Assembly (NCBI GenBank): GCA_035285865.1
Contig: JAYKHS010000028.1
Location: 151,938 to 215,937 of the forward strand
DNA: 64,000 nucleotides
Direction: 5' to 3'
Source of the DNA: Candidatus Sericytochromatia bacterium
GTDB taxonomy: Bacteria > Cyanobacteriota > Sericytochromatia > S15B-MN24 > VGJW01
Part shown: positions 1 to 8,454 of the stretch, in pieces
Layout: every line of letters begins with the position of its first letter
How positions within the stretch are numbered: position 1 is the first letter of the stretch
Position numbers and translations under genes: made by a program
Notes under the pieces: model-generated
The model's input: only the letters and a program-made list of their open reading frames with translations
Told to the model about the DNA's origin: nothing
Database searches by the model: none

Positions 1-123
1 GGCGGCTGCCGTCGGCGTGGCTGCGGTGCTGGCGTGGGTCGGCGCGGGTAGCGTGCGTGCCGTCACGACGGTGCATCCGGGGATCAGGAGACCCGGCAGG
101 AGCATCGGCCAGAGCGTGCGCAT
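1..123 (-). CDS. 5' part of a putative lipoprotein (runs off the window edge)
   Basis: ATG at 123 on the minus strand reads MRTLWPMLLPGLLIPGC-TVVT..., a signal peptide with lipobox-like Cys followed by a Thr/Ala/Pro-rich stretch. Divergent from the MFS gene. Confidence 0.45.
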   Translation of the reverse strand, partial: MRTLWPMLLPGLLIPGCTVVTARTLPAPTHASTAATPTAAA

Positions 124-194
124 GCCTGATGGACGAGGGCCGGGTCGTGCAAGTTCCGTCGTTTGGTACACTGCCCCATGTGCAAGCGAGCCGG

Positions 195-1418
195 ATGGGG
201 CGTGTCCTCCAGACCCGGGCCTTCCGCTGGCTCTGGCTCGGCCAGGTCTTCAGCCAGGTGCCCGACAAGGTCTATTTCGTCCTGATGCTGGAATTGGTCG
301 GGCGGCGGACCGACCGGGACCCGACGTGGACCAGTGCCGTCCTGCTGGCCTATACCTTGCCCACGGTGCTCTTCGGAGCGTTCGCGGGTGCGCTTGTCGA
401 CCGTTGGCACCCCGTGGTCACACAGGTCGTGTCGAACCTTCTCCGGGCCGGGTGCATCGCGCTCGTGCCTTGGGTCATGCCCGATTCGCCCTGGCCGGTG
501 GTCATCCTGTCCTTTCTCGTGTCCACGTTCTCCCAGCCCTACTCCCCGGCGGAGGGCGCCACGATCCCGAGGGTCGTGGCCCGTGAGGACCTGCTCGGGG
601 CCAATGCCCTTTTTGCCGCGACGGTCATCGGGTCAATCCTCGTCGGCTTCCTGCTCGGCGAGCCGATCGTCGTCCGCCTTGTGCCGGACTCGCCCTGGAT
701 GCCGGCCTTGGCCGTGACGGCGATGTATCTCGTCTCGACGGCATTTCTCGCGCTGGTCCGCCTCCCGCCGGGGGATCCCGCGCCTGCGGCCCGAGGGGGG
801 TCTTTGCTCGGGGACTTCCGCGAGGGGATGGCCTATCTTGTCCGCGAGGAGGCCATCCGGGGAGCCATCCTCCGACAGGTGGCCCTGTACGCGATGTTCG
901 CGGCCGTGGCGACCCTGGCCATCCTGTATGCTCGGCAGCGATTCTCCGTGCCGTATACGTGGCTGCTCTCGTCCGCAGGTGTCGGCATGGCCGCGGGATC
1001 GTGGCTGGTCGGGCGCTGGGGAGGCGAGCGTTCCCGCTTTGCGATGATGCGCGGGGGCTTCCTCGGGGCGGGCGTGGCCCTCGCGGCCATGGCGACGTGG
1101 GTGTTCGGCGACGTACCGACCCTGCTCGGAGGCGGCATCGCCTTGCCGTGCCTGATGGCCGTGGGTGTCGGGATAGCGTCCGCCTGGGTGGCGATACCGG
1201 CCCAGACCCTGCTGCAGGAGGAAGTGCCCGATGTCCTGAGGGGCAAGGTCTTCGCGGCCCGTGACGTGGCCACGAACCTCGCGACCTCCCTGCCCATGGG
1301 CGGCGTGGGGCCCTTGTCCGTCCAGGCTGGCCTCGCCCCGGTCCTGGCGGCGATGGGCGTGGGCATGTTCATGCTGGCTGCGTGGCCCTCTCCGCGGCGT
1401 TCCCGATCGGAGGTCTGA
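195..1418 (+). CDS. MFS transporter (MFS_3/H+ antiporter-like)
   Basis: About 12 hydrophobic segments; FRWLWLGQVFSQ, motif A-like AGALVDRW and QEEVPDVLRGKVFA. ORF opens at 57; ATG 195 preferred. Confidence 0.85.
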   Translation: MGRVLQTRAFRWLWLGQVFSQVPDKVYFVLMLELVGRRTDRDPTWTSAVLLAYTLPTVLFGAFAGALVDRWHPVVTQVVSNLLRAGCIALVPWVMPDSPWPVVILSFLVSTFSQPYSPAEGATIPRVVAREDLLGANALFAATVIGSILVGFLLGEPIVVRLVPDSPWMPALAVTAMYLVSTAFLALVRLPPGDPAPAARGGSLLGDFREGMAYLVREEAIRGAILRQVALYAMFAAVATLAILYARQRFSVPYTWLLSSAGVGMAAGSWLVGRWGGERSRFAMMRGGFLGAGVALAAMATWVFGDVPTLLGGGIALPCLMAVGVGIASAWVAIPAQTLLQEEVPDVLRGKVFAARDVATNLATSLPMGGVGPLSVQAGLAPVLAAMGVGMFMLAAWPSPRRSRSEV

Positions 1419-1419
1419 C

Positions 1420-2640
1420 GTGCGCCTGCTTTACGTGGCCGACATGTACTACCCCCCCACGCTCGGGGGCAGTGCCATCGCGGTGCGGCGCCTCGCCCAC
1501 GGCATGGCCGCGCGGGGCCACGAGGTCCAGGTGGTGGCACCCGGCCAGGCGCTGTTCGACATGGCCGAGAAGGATGGCCGTACCGTGGTCATCCGCTGTG
1601 GAGCCATTCCGGATCTGCGCCCCGGCATGGACCCGCGCAAGACCGGCATCCGTCTGCCCTTGCTGCCGGCCTTGGCCATCCGTCGGGCGATGGACCGCTT
1701 CCGACCGGATCTGATCCATCTGCAGGTGCCCGGTTACACGGCGGCGACCGCGGCGTTGCTCGCCCGGCTCGAGGGCATGCCGCTCGTTGCCACGTGTCAT
1801 GGGATCCCGGAGAATTTCTGGGCGCCGGGCGATCGCAATCAGCCACTGTTCCAGGCTTTCGGGCGCTTCATCTGGTCGTTGATCCTCGAGAATCTCGAAC
1901 GCTGCGATGCGGTGCTGGCTCCGACCCGTATCGCAGCGGACCTGCTGCGGGCCCAGGGCCTCAGGAAGGCGGCGATCCCGGTGTCGAACGGGGTGGACCT
2001 CGAGGTGTATCGCCCGCCTGCGGACGAGGCGGAGCGGCGGATGTTGCGCGAGCGGTTCGGCCTGCCGGCCGATGGGCCCGTGGTGCTGTACGCCGGCCGC
2101 TTCGCGCCCGAGAAGCGACTCGAGGTACTTTTCGATGCGATGGCGCGCATGAGGGTGAGCAGCAAGGCCACCTGGGCTTTCGTGGGCAGGGGTGTGCTCG
2201 ATCCGATGGCCGAGCTCGAGCGTCGCGGCGTCGCGGTCGCGGACGTGCGCATGCTCGGTCTGCTGACGGATCAGGACATGCCGCTCATCTATCGCGCGGT
2301 CGATGTGCTGGTCCTGCCGAGCGAGGCCGAACTTCAGGGTCTGGTGCTGCTCGAGGCGGCTGCCAGCGGGTGTGCCCTGGTGGGCGCGCGTGCGCTGGCC
2401 ATTCCCGAGGCCATTGCCGATGGCGAGACCGGCTTCCTGCATGAGCCAGGTGATGCCGATGGTCTTGCCGGAGCCCTCGATCGTCTGGTCCGGGATCCCG
2501 CGTTGAGGCAGCGCATGGGGCAGGCCGCGCTCGAGGCCGTGCGCATCCACGCCATCCCGGCCTGCATCGACCGGACGCTGGCAATCTATGAAGAAGTCAT
2601 GGCGCGTCGGGGGGGGGCGTCTCGGTCCGCAGGCGGCTGA
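1420..2640 (+). CDS. GT4 glycosyltransferase (diacylglycerol glucosyltransferase-like)
   Basis: GTG start after GGAGG; D-x-Y-x-P-x-x-GG N-terminal motif, YAGRFAPEKR and E-LQGLVLLEAAASG (EX7E). Confidence 0.85.
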   Translation: MRLLYVADMYYPPTLGGSAIAVRRLAHGMAARGHEVQVVAPGQALFDMAEKDGRTVVIRCGAIPDLRPGMDPRKTGIRLPLLPALAIRRAMDRFRPDLIHLQVPGYTAATAALLARLEGMPLVATCHGIPENFWAPGDRNQPLFQAFGRFIWSLILENLERCDAVLAPTRIAADLLRAQGLRKAAIPVSNGVDLEVYRPPADEAERRMLRERFGLPADGPVVLYAGRFAPEKRLEVLFDAMARMRVSSKATWAFVGRGVLDPMAELERRGVAVADVRMLGLLTDQDMPLIYRAVDVLVLPSEAELQGLVLLEAAASGCALVGARALAIPEAIADGETGFLHEPGDADGLAGALDRLVRDPALRQRMGQAALEAVRIHAIPACIDRTLAIYEEVMARRGGASRSAGG

Positions 2641-4312
2641 CGATTTCCGGGTCGGGCGTGACCCGGACGGTCCGGGCGTTGCGATGCAGGACCTTTCCTG
2701 GCGGCAGGCCCTTGGCCTTGCGGAGGTGACGCCGCTGGGTCACGAGGACGTTCACTCGTGTGTCCTCCCTGCCGCTCGATCGGCACGCCGCCCACGTGGC
2801 CGCCTCCGTGAGCGTGCGCTCCGGCAGAGGCTGTCCGGGTACCGGCGGACGTGCGAAGACGTGGCCCCCGGCCAAGCGATCGGCGTGAAACCACCAATCA
2901 TCGGGCTGTGCCCAGTCCCGCAGCAGGGCGTCGCTTTCCTTCGGTGAGCGTCCGGCCACCAGCAGCCAGCCGTCCGAGGAGCGACCCCTGAGGCCGGGGC
3001 CACGAGGTCGCGGAGCAGGCAGCGTGCCTTCCGTCCCACGGTCCGGATCCTGAGGCGTCCCCCCGTTCGAGGCGAACTCGAGCGTGCGGCAGGCCGACTC
3101 GGCTGCAGCAAGTCTCGGCAACGTGTGACGGCGGGTGCGCTCGGCCTTGCGTATCGCGGCATAACGCCGTGACGCCTCCGCCGAGGCCGTTGGGCCACCA
3201 TCGAGTCTGACCGTGCGCGCCGTACCCTCGGCGGGGTCCTCGAGGTCCACGCTTTCGGCACCGCGTCCGAGCGCCTCGTCGACCGTGGCCACCCACGTCA
3301 GGATGAGGTCGGCCTCGTGGCGCAGACTGTCGAGATCAGGCAACTCCTCGAGGATGCGCCGCAGTTGGTCGGCTTCGGCGCGTCGCTCGCGGATCAGGTG
3401 TTCCTGCCCTTGCCGCAGGCGTTCCTGCTCCTGCTCGGCTCGCATGGCGCGTGCGGCCTCCGCCATGATCGCCTCGACGATGGGGCCGGCGGGCGTGCTT
3501 GTCCGAGGGCCGAGCCTCCAGTCGCCCGGAGTCGTTCTCTGCGGGAGGAGCCTGCCGGCCTCCGCCTCCCGGCGCAGCAGTGCCAGATGGTTGCCGAGGC
3601 GGAGCCAGTCGTCCGGCACCAGGCGACTTGCCGGAAGATCCGGGGGAATATCTGCCTCAGCTGTTCGCTCGCGGGCATCCTGTCGGGACAACCCCTGGAC
3701 GAGCGCAGGCAGGGCCTCGGCGATCGGCAGGTCCGGCAGGGGGCTGTCCCCGGGCAGCGTTGCCCCGGGGACGACACTGCCGGGGCGAACGGGTGGCAGG
3801 GCGTACGGCAGGCCCGGCAGGATGCGCCGGACGCGGCTCAAGTGCCCGGGTACCCGCCGATCGGCCTCCACGACGATGTCGGTCGCATCGGTCAGCACGA
3901 TGTTGCCGTGGCGTCCCGTCATCTCGACATGGAGGCGCCACGTCCGCAGGTCCCCGAGGACGTCACGGCCCCTGAACGTCAGCGTGAGCATGCGCTCCCC
4001 GCCAGGCTGGGCGACTTCCTCGAGCGTGGCGCCTGTCAGGTGGCGCCTGAGTGCACCAAGGAAGGCATCCGCTTCGCCCCCGTCCTTCGGCTCGGGCGTG
4101 TCGCTTCGGTCCACGAGCGTGACCCTGGCGATCCGTCCGGCGGCACAGAGGACCAGGATGGCCTGTCGCGGTTTCAGCCTGAGGACCAGATGGCCGGGCC
4201 CGAGACGACGCACCCGGTCGACCCGAAGTCCCAGTCCTCGTTCCCGCAGGTCGGCCGCCAGAGCCGTGACGGCGAGGCCGTCCAGCGGGCGGGGGGCCCT
4301 ACTCGAGGACAC
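2597..4312 (-). CDS. rqcH: Rqc2/RqcH (NFACT/FbpA family) ribosome quality control protein
   Basis: LDGLAVTAL N-terminus, ERMLTL, EMTGRHGNIVLTD, SRVRRILPGLPY and NFACT-R motif WWFHADRLAGGHV. GTG start overlaps the cheY stop. Confidence 0.8.
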   Translation of the reverse strand: MSSSRAPRPLDGLAVTALAADLRERGLGLRVDRVRRLGPGHLVLRLKPRQAILVLCAAGRIARVTLVDRSDTPEPKDGGEADAFLGALRRHLTGATLEEVAQPGGERMLTLTFRGRDVLGDLRTWRLHVEMTGRHGNIVLTDATDIVVEADRRVPGHLSRVRRILPGLPYALPPVRPGSVVPGATLPGDSPLPDLPIAEALPALVQGLSRQDARERTAEADIPPDLPASRLVPDDWLRLGNHLALLRREAEAGRLLPQRTTPGDWRLGPRTSTPAGPIVEAIMAEAARAMRAEQEQERLRQGQEHLIRERRAEADQLRRILEELPDLDSLRHEADLILTWVATVDEALGRGAESVDLEDPAEGTARTVRLDGGPTASAEASRRYAAIRKAERTRRHTLPRLAAAESACRTLEFASNGGTPQDPDRGTEGTLPAPRPRGPGLRGRSSDGWLLVAGRSPKESDALLRDWAQPDDWWFHADRLAGGHVFARPPVPGQPLPERTLTEAATWAACRSSGREDTRVNVLVTQRRHLRKAKGLPPGKVLHRNARTVRVTPDPEIVSRLRTETPPPDAP

Positions 4313-4658
4313 GCTCCAGCGTCCGGAGCACGTCCTCGGCCTGGAAGGGCTTGCCGATGAAGGCTGCTGCACCTCCGGCCAGACAACGATGGATGATCTC
4401 GTCCTGCACCTGGGAACTGCAGACGATGACCCGGGCAGAGGGGTCCCGGCCACGGATGGTGGCCAGAGCCGTCTCGCCATCCATCATCGGCATCGCAAGG
4501 TCGAGGGTAAGGATGTCAGGCCTGTGCGTCACCCACGCGTCTACCCCGCTGACTCCGTCTCCGGCTTCGGCCAGCACCTGGTGGCCGGCTCGCGAGACGA
4601 TGTCCCTCAGCATGCGCCGCATGAATGAGGAGTCGTCGACGATGACGAGGGTCGCCAT
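4299..4658 (-). CDS. cheY: Single-domain response regulator, CheY-like
   Basis: 119 aa with IVDDSSFMR, phosphoacceptor TLDLAMP-DG, a Ser at the switch position and FIGKPF. Confidence 0.8.
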   Translation of the reverse strand: MATLVIVDDSSFMRRMLRDIVSRAGHQVLAEAGDGVSGVDAWVTHRPDILTLDLAMPMMDGETALATIRGRDPSARVIVCSSQVQDEIIHRCLAGGAAAFIGKPFQAEDVLRTLERVLE

Positions 4659-4681
4659 GTCCCGATTGTGCGCCTCCGGAC

Positions 4682-5596
4682 TCAGGCGCGCAACCTGAGG
4701 GCACCGGGCAGGACACCAAAGGTCGCCGGTGTCGTCCCCAGCACCTCGCCGTCGGCCTCGAGCGGCATGCGCACGGCACTGCTGACCTTCACGGTCGCGC
4801 CCATCATGACCTCGACGCGCGGGTGCAGCAGGTGCTGGCCCCGCAACAGCGCCAGCAGCAAGGAAGGCAGGTGCCACGCCGGCAAGGCACCCAGCAGCGC
4901 GATGTCGAGTTGGCCATCATCGGCAAGCGCCTGGGGCATGACGGGCAACCCGCCACCGAAGGCTCGGCCGTTGGCGATGACAATCTCCGACAGCGGCAGG
5001 GCACGCGTCCATGTATCGTCGACCTCGACCACGGCGTGGTCGGCAACCAGCTGGCTCCACGAGGCAAGGGTCGCCAGGACGTAGCTGGCCTTGCCCCAGC
5101 GTTTGCCGGTCCGCGCCAGCCGATCCGCGACCCGAGCCCCGAGACCGATCTCCGCCACGTTCAGGAAGGCGCGTTCGCACCATTCGCCATCCTCGCCCAC
5201 GCAGCGGACCCAGCCGACATCGACGTTGCGGACGGGGACGCTGAGCAATCGGGCCACAGGATCCCCTGCAGCCCCCTCGAAGGGCAGGGCCTCAAGCGTG
5301 TCGTTCGCAGTACCGAGTGGCAACCAGGACAGGATACCTGCGCCGCTGGTCTGCCTGCCGTCCGTGAAACAGCCCTGCAGGGCCTCGTGCAGGGTGCCGT
5401 CCCCCCCGACGACAAGGACCTCGGGTGCCCCCTCGCGAAATGCCTCGCGTACCCCGCGCGCGATGGCACCCGGGGCCGAGGCCACGTGGGCGTGGCACGT
5501 CCATCCGGCGGCGCGGAGCCGAGGTTCCATCCGATGCCATAGCTCGCGGGCCCGATGGTTGGCCGCGGCAGGATTGATGAAGGTGGGGAGGGTCAT
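4682..5596 (-). CDS. Diacylglycerol/lipid kinase family protein (YegS/DgkB-like)
   Basis: INPAA, GGDGTLHE, PLGTAND, ANGRAFGGG, DDGQLD and ADGE motifs. Confidence 0.9.
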   Translation of the reverse strand: MTLPTFINPAAANHRARELWHRMEPRLRAAGWTCHAHVASAPGAIARGVREAFREGAPEVLVVGGDGTLHEALQGCFTDGRQTSGAGILSWLPLGTANDTLEALPFEGAAGDPVARLLSVPVRNVDVGWVRCVGEDGEWCERAFLNVAEIGLGARVADRLARTGKRWGKASYVLATLASWSQLVADHAVVEVDDTWTRALPLSEIVIANGRAFGGGLPVMPQALADDGQLDIALLGALPAWHLPSLLLALLRGQHLLHPRVEVMMGATVKVSSAVRMPLEADGEVLGTTPATFGVLPGALRLRA

Positions 5597-5639
5597 GGCG
5601 GATTTGTGAAAAATATTTCTTCAGACACGCAAGGTTGCG

Positions 5640-5672
5640 GAAAGATAAGACTATATTAACCTCAAGTTAAAG
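5640..5672. promoter_or_regulatory. AT-rich divergent promoter region with TTAA-N7-TTAA direct repeat
   Basis: TTAA at 5656 and 5667 (11 bp period) within an AT-rich patch of a GC-rich genome. Confidence 0.4.
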
Positions 5673-5717
5673 CCCCAGCGCACCGGGTCTACCGGGCCGA
5701 ACAGGAACGTTTCCCCC

Positions 5718-5951
5718 GTGATCAAGTCTTCCGCACACGTTTACCACCCCGCTCGTCGTGGCCTGTCGATGACCTATTCCTACACCCGGCCGCTGGCCGT
5801 CCCCACCCGGGCCGCCGTGACGACCCCGCTCGATCCCGCCGTGCTCCAGTCCGATTGGCGCTCCAACCTGGGCCGTCTGGTCCACGGTGCGGCCCGGCGT
5901 CTGGGCTTCACCAGCGGTGCACCAGCCACCAGGCAACTCCCCAGAGGTTGA
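5718..5951 (+). CDS. Small hypothetical protein
   Basis: 77 aa ORF downstream of the AT-rich promoter region. Overlaps the 3' end of the convergent gene by 44 bp. Confidence 0.35.
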   Translation: MIKSSAHVYHPARRGLSMTYSYTRPLAVPTRAAVTTPLDPAVLQSDWRSNLGRLVHGAARRLGFTSGAPATRQLPRG

Positions 5952-7233
5952 TCACGGCGGCGACGATCCCCAGGCCCAGGGTCCAGGCCGGCAGGCGTCG
6001 CGGCCAGGCGCAGGCGAGAGCCACGATGAGCCAAGGCGTGTAGTCGAGGCTGTATCGGGCGCCGAATTGGCGCCAGCCGTCACCGAAGTAGACGAGATAG
6101 AGCGCAGCCGAGGGCAACAGGGCCAGCCACGCCCAGCGGGCCCACGTCAGCAGGCGCGCTGCACTGTCGGGGTCCACCGGCGGTTCCGGATTGTCGGTGG
6201 CCAGAGGTGCCGCCGCAGACGCGTGCACGCGGTTGCCCTCGCCTGCAGGCACAAGCCACGCGTGCGGTGCCACGACGGGCTCCGGTGCCGGCGTCGCCAC
6301 AGCCGAGGCCGGGAGCCAGCCCATTCGTCCGAGCAGCAGGCGTGCCGCCGGCAGCAGGGCAAGGAATGCCGGGGTGGTCCAGAACAGCCCCAGCCCGTGG
6401 TCCGTGACGGATACGGGGGGCCAGCCCGCGTGGAAGTCGGGTCCGCGCCAGATGTAGGCCGGCAGCATCCTGATGAGGTGGTGCAGGCTGAACGGGCCGT
6501 GCTGGTAGTTCCCGTGTATCGCGCCCCAGGCTTCGTTTCCGGCGCCGTACCCGCTGTCGAGCGGATGCCCGAAGCGCGCCATGTTGAAGGCCATGTCGCA
6601 TCCCGCCAGCAAGGCAGCCATCAAGGCAGCCCCGCCGACGCGCTTCGCCTTTCCGGGACCCGGCAGTAGCAGCGCGAGGATCGCCGGGCTGGCCACCACG
6701 ATGGCCTCACGGGAGAGGATGGCGAGGCAGAACCAGAGGCTGACGAGCGCGCCACGCCGAGGGCCGGCGAGCTCATGGAGGGAGAGCCACAGGAACAGGT
6801 TGGCGACCAGATGTGCGTACACCCAGCTGTTGCCGTGGCTGGCGCACCACCACGCCACCGTCCCGAAGCCGTACAGGAACGTCAGGCCGTGCGTCACGCC
6901 AGGCGCGAGGGGCAGCCGCCTCAGCGTCAAGTGCGCGACCGCCACGGCAGCCGCGCCCACCAGCTTGGAAACGAGGCCCAGATCCAGGTTCAGGTGCCAG
7001 ATGGCCGCCAGCGGCACCAGCAGGACCGAGGGCGCGGGGCCGAAGTAGACGTGGGCCTTGCCATCTTTCCACGCCAGCTCGTTGAGCCAGGACGGTGGTG
7101 TGCCGATATCCAGCCTGCCTTGCAGGAAGGCCTCTGCCTGGTGCAGGTGGTAGTTGAAGTGCATGAACTGGCCGCTGCCCGACAGCAGGTAAACGATCAG
7201 CGTGCCGATGAACCACCACAAGGCCGTGGGCAC
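5908..7233 (-). CDS. Polytopic membrane protein, GT-C-type glycosyltransferase-like
   Basis: Many TM segments; QAEAFLQGRLD, YFGPAP, FNMARFGHPLDSGY and QFGARYSLDY motifs. GTG start just after the rnhA stop. Confidence 0.6.
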   Translation of the reverse strand: MPTALWWFIGTLIVYLLSGSGQFMHFNYHLHQAEAFLQGRLDIGTPPSWLNELAWKDGKAHVYFGPAPSVLLVPLAAIWHLNLDLGLVSKLVGAAAVAVAHLTLRRLPLAPGVTHGLTFLYGFGTVAWWCASHGNSWVYAHLVANLFLWLSLHELAGPRRGALVSLWFCLAILSREAIVVASPAILALLLPGPGKAKRVGGAALMAALLAGCDMAFNMARFGHPLDSGYGAGNEAWGAIHGNYQHGPFSLHHLIRMLPAYIWRGPDFHAGWPPVSVTDHGLGLFWTTPAFLALLPAARLLLGRMGWLPASAVATPAPEPVVAPHAWLVPAGEGNRVHASAAAPLATDNPEPPVDPDSAARLLTWARWAWLALLPSAALYLVYFGDGWRQFGARYSLDYTPWLIVALACAWPRRLPAWTLGLGIVAAVINLWGVAWWLVHRW

Positions 7234-7234
7234 C

Positions 7235-7717
7235 TCAGCCCCTCCGTTCCTGCTGGTAGCGCCGCACGGCCGCGACGGCCAGCTTGTCACAACGTTCGTT
7301 GTAGGGGTGGCCGGCATGGCCCTTGACCCACTGCCAATCGACCTCATGCCGTGCCGCCAGCTCCTGCAGGCGCTGCCAGAGGTCCTGGTTGGCCACCGGG
7401 TCGCCCCCTGCCGTGCGCCAGCCCTTGCGCACCCAGCCGGCCATCCACTTGGTCATGCCGTCGACGAGATAGCGAGAATCGCTCGTGATCGTGATGCGCG
7501 TCGGGCGCTTGAGCTGTTCGAGCACGAGGATGCCGCCCTTGAGTTCTTCGCGTTGGTTGGTCGTCAGGGCAGTCACGTCCGAGACGACCTCGATCTCGCG
7601 GGCGACGAGCTGCCCGTCGCGGGCCACCAGGATGGCGGCGGCAGCCCCGGGACCCGGGTTGCCCGAGCAGGACGCATCGCAGAAACCTTCGACCAGCACG
7701 ACCTTATGATAGGCCAT
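7235..7717 (-). CDS. rnhA: Ribonuclease HI
   Basis: D-ASCSGNPGPG, TTNQREEL, SDSRY, W-RKGW, V-NQDLW and WVKGHAGHPYNERCDKLA. Confidence 0.95.
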   Translation of the reverse strand: MAYHKVVLVEGFCDASCSGNPGPGAAAAILVARDGQLVAREIEVVSDVTALTTNQREELKGGILVLEQLKRPTRITITSDSRYLVDGMTKWMAGWVRKGWRTAGGDPVANQDLWQRLQELAARHEVDWQWVKGHAGHPYNERCDKLAVAAVRRYQQERRG

Positions 7718-8453
7718 GGGCGAGGATGTGCCCCGCAGCAGCGGCAAGGTCGGGAAAGACGGCCGTGGCCAGAGGGCCCAGCTCGTCCGCTGTCGCGACA
7801 CCGCATGTGACGGCGTAGGCTCGGGCAGCGCCGCCAGCCCGCGCCATCTCGAGGTCGCCCGGAGTGTCGCCGATGGCCAGAGTGCGGTAGGCAGCCACTC
7901 CGGCCCGACGGCAGGCCTCGAGCAGGAGGTCGGGTGCCGGCTTGGCCTGCCGGACCTCGTCGCCGCCGACGAGGAGCGAAGGCAGTGGGGACAGGCCGGC
8001 TCGTGCGAGGCTCTCGAGGGCGTGGGCACGGGTGTCGGAGGTCGCAACGGCAAGCGTCCACCCTGCATCCTGCAGCTGCCGCATGGCTTCCGCAGCGCCG
8101 GGCAGCACCCTGTAGGCGTCATCGGGCAGGCTGGCGAAGGCCTGTCGGAAGACTTCGGGCAAGCGTGCCAGGCGATCCTCGGCAACGCCACGCTCCCCGA
8201 GCCAGTCGCTCAGTTCCGCAAGCGTCCTGCTTCCCGGCTGACGGACGAGTCGTCCGACGGGGCAAGGCTTGCCGGTAACCCTGAGGCCCAGCCACGTCCC
8301 CAGTTCATCGGCATCGGGGGCTCGCGAGCCCGCGCAGGCCCGGATCAGCCGAATCCTGCGTTCGGTGACGGCGACCCAGAGAGCCGCGAAGTCCAACAGG
8401 ACGCCGTCCTTGTCGAGCACGACGAGCCCGGGGGTGTTGCGTCCCGGGCTCAT
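7704..8453 (-). CDS. HAD-superfamily hydrolase (phosphoglycolate phosphatase-like)
   Basis: Motif I DKDGVL, motif II ATSD, KPAPD and GDTPGD. Confidence 0.85.
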   Translation of the reverse strand: MSPGRNTPGLVVLDKDGVLLDFAALWVAVTERRIRLIRACAGSRAPDADELGTWLGLRVTGKPCPVGRLVRQPGSRTLAELSDWLGERGVAEDRLARLPEVFRQAFASLPDDAYRVLPGAAEAMRQLQDAGWTLAVATSDTRAHALESLARAGLSPLPSLLVGGDEVRQAKPAPDLLLEACRRAGVAAYRTLAIGDTPGDLEMARAGGAARAYAVTCGVATADELGPLATAVFPDLAAAAGHILAHGLS

Positions 8454-8454
8454 G

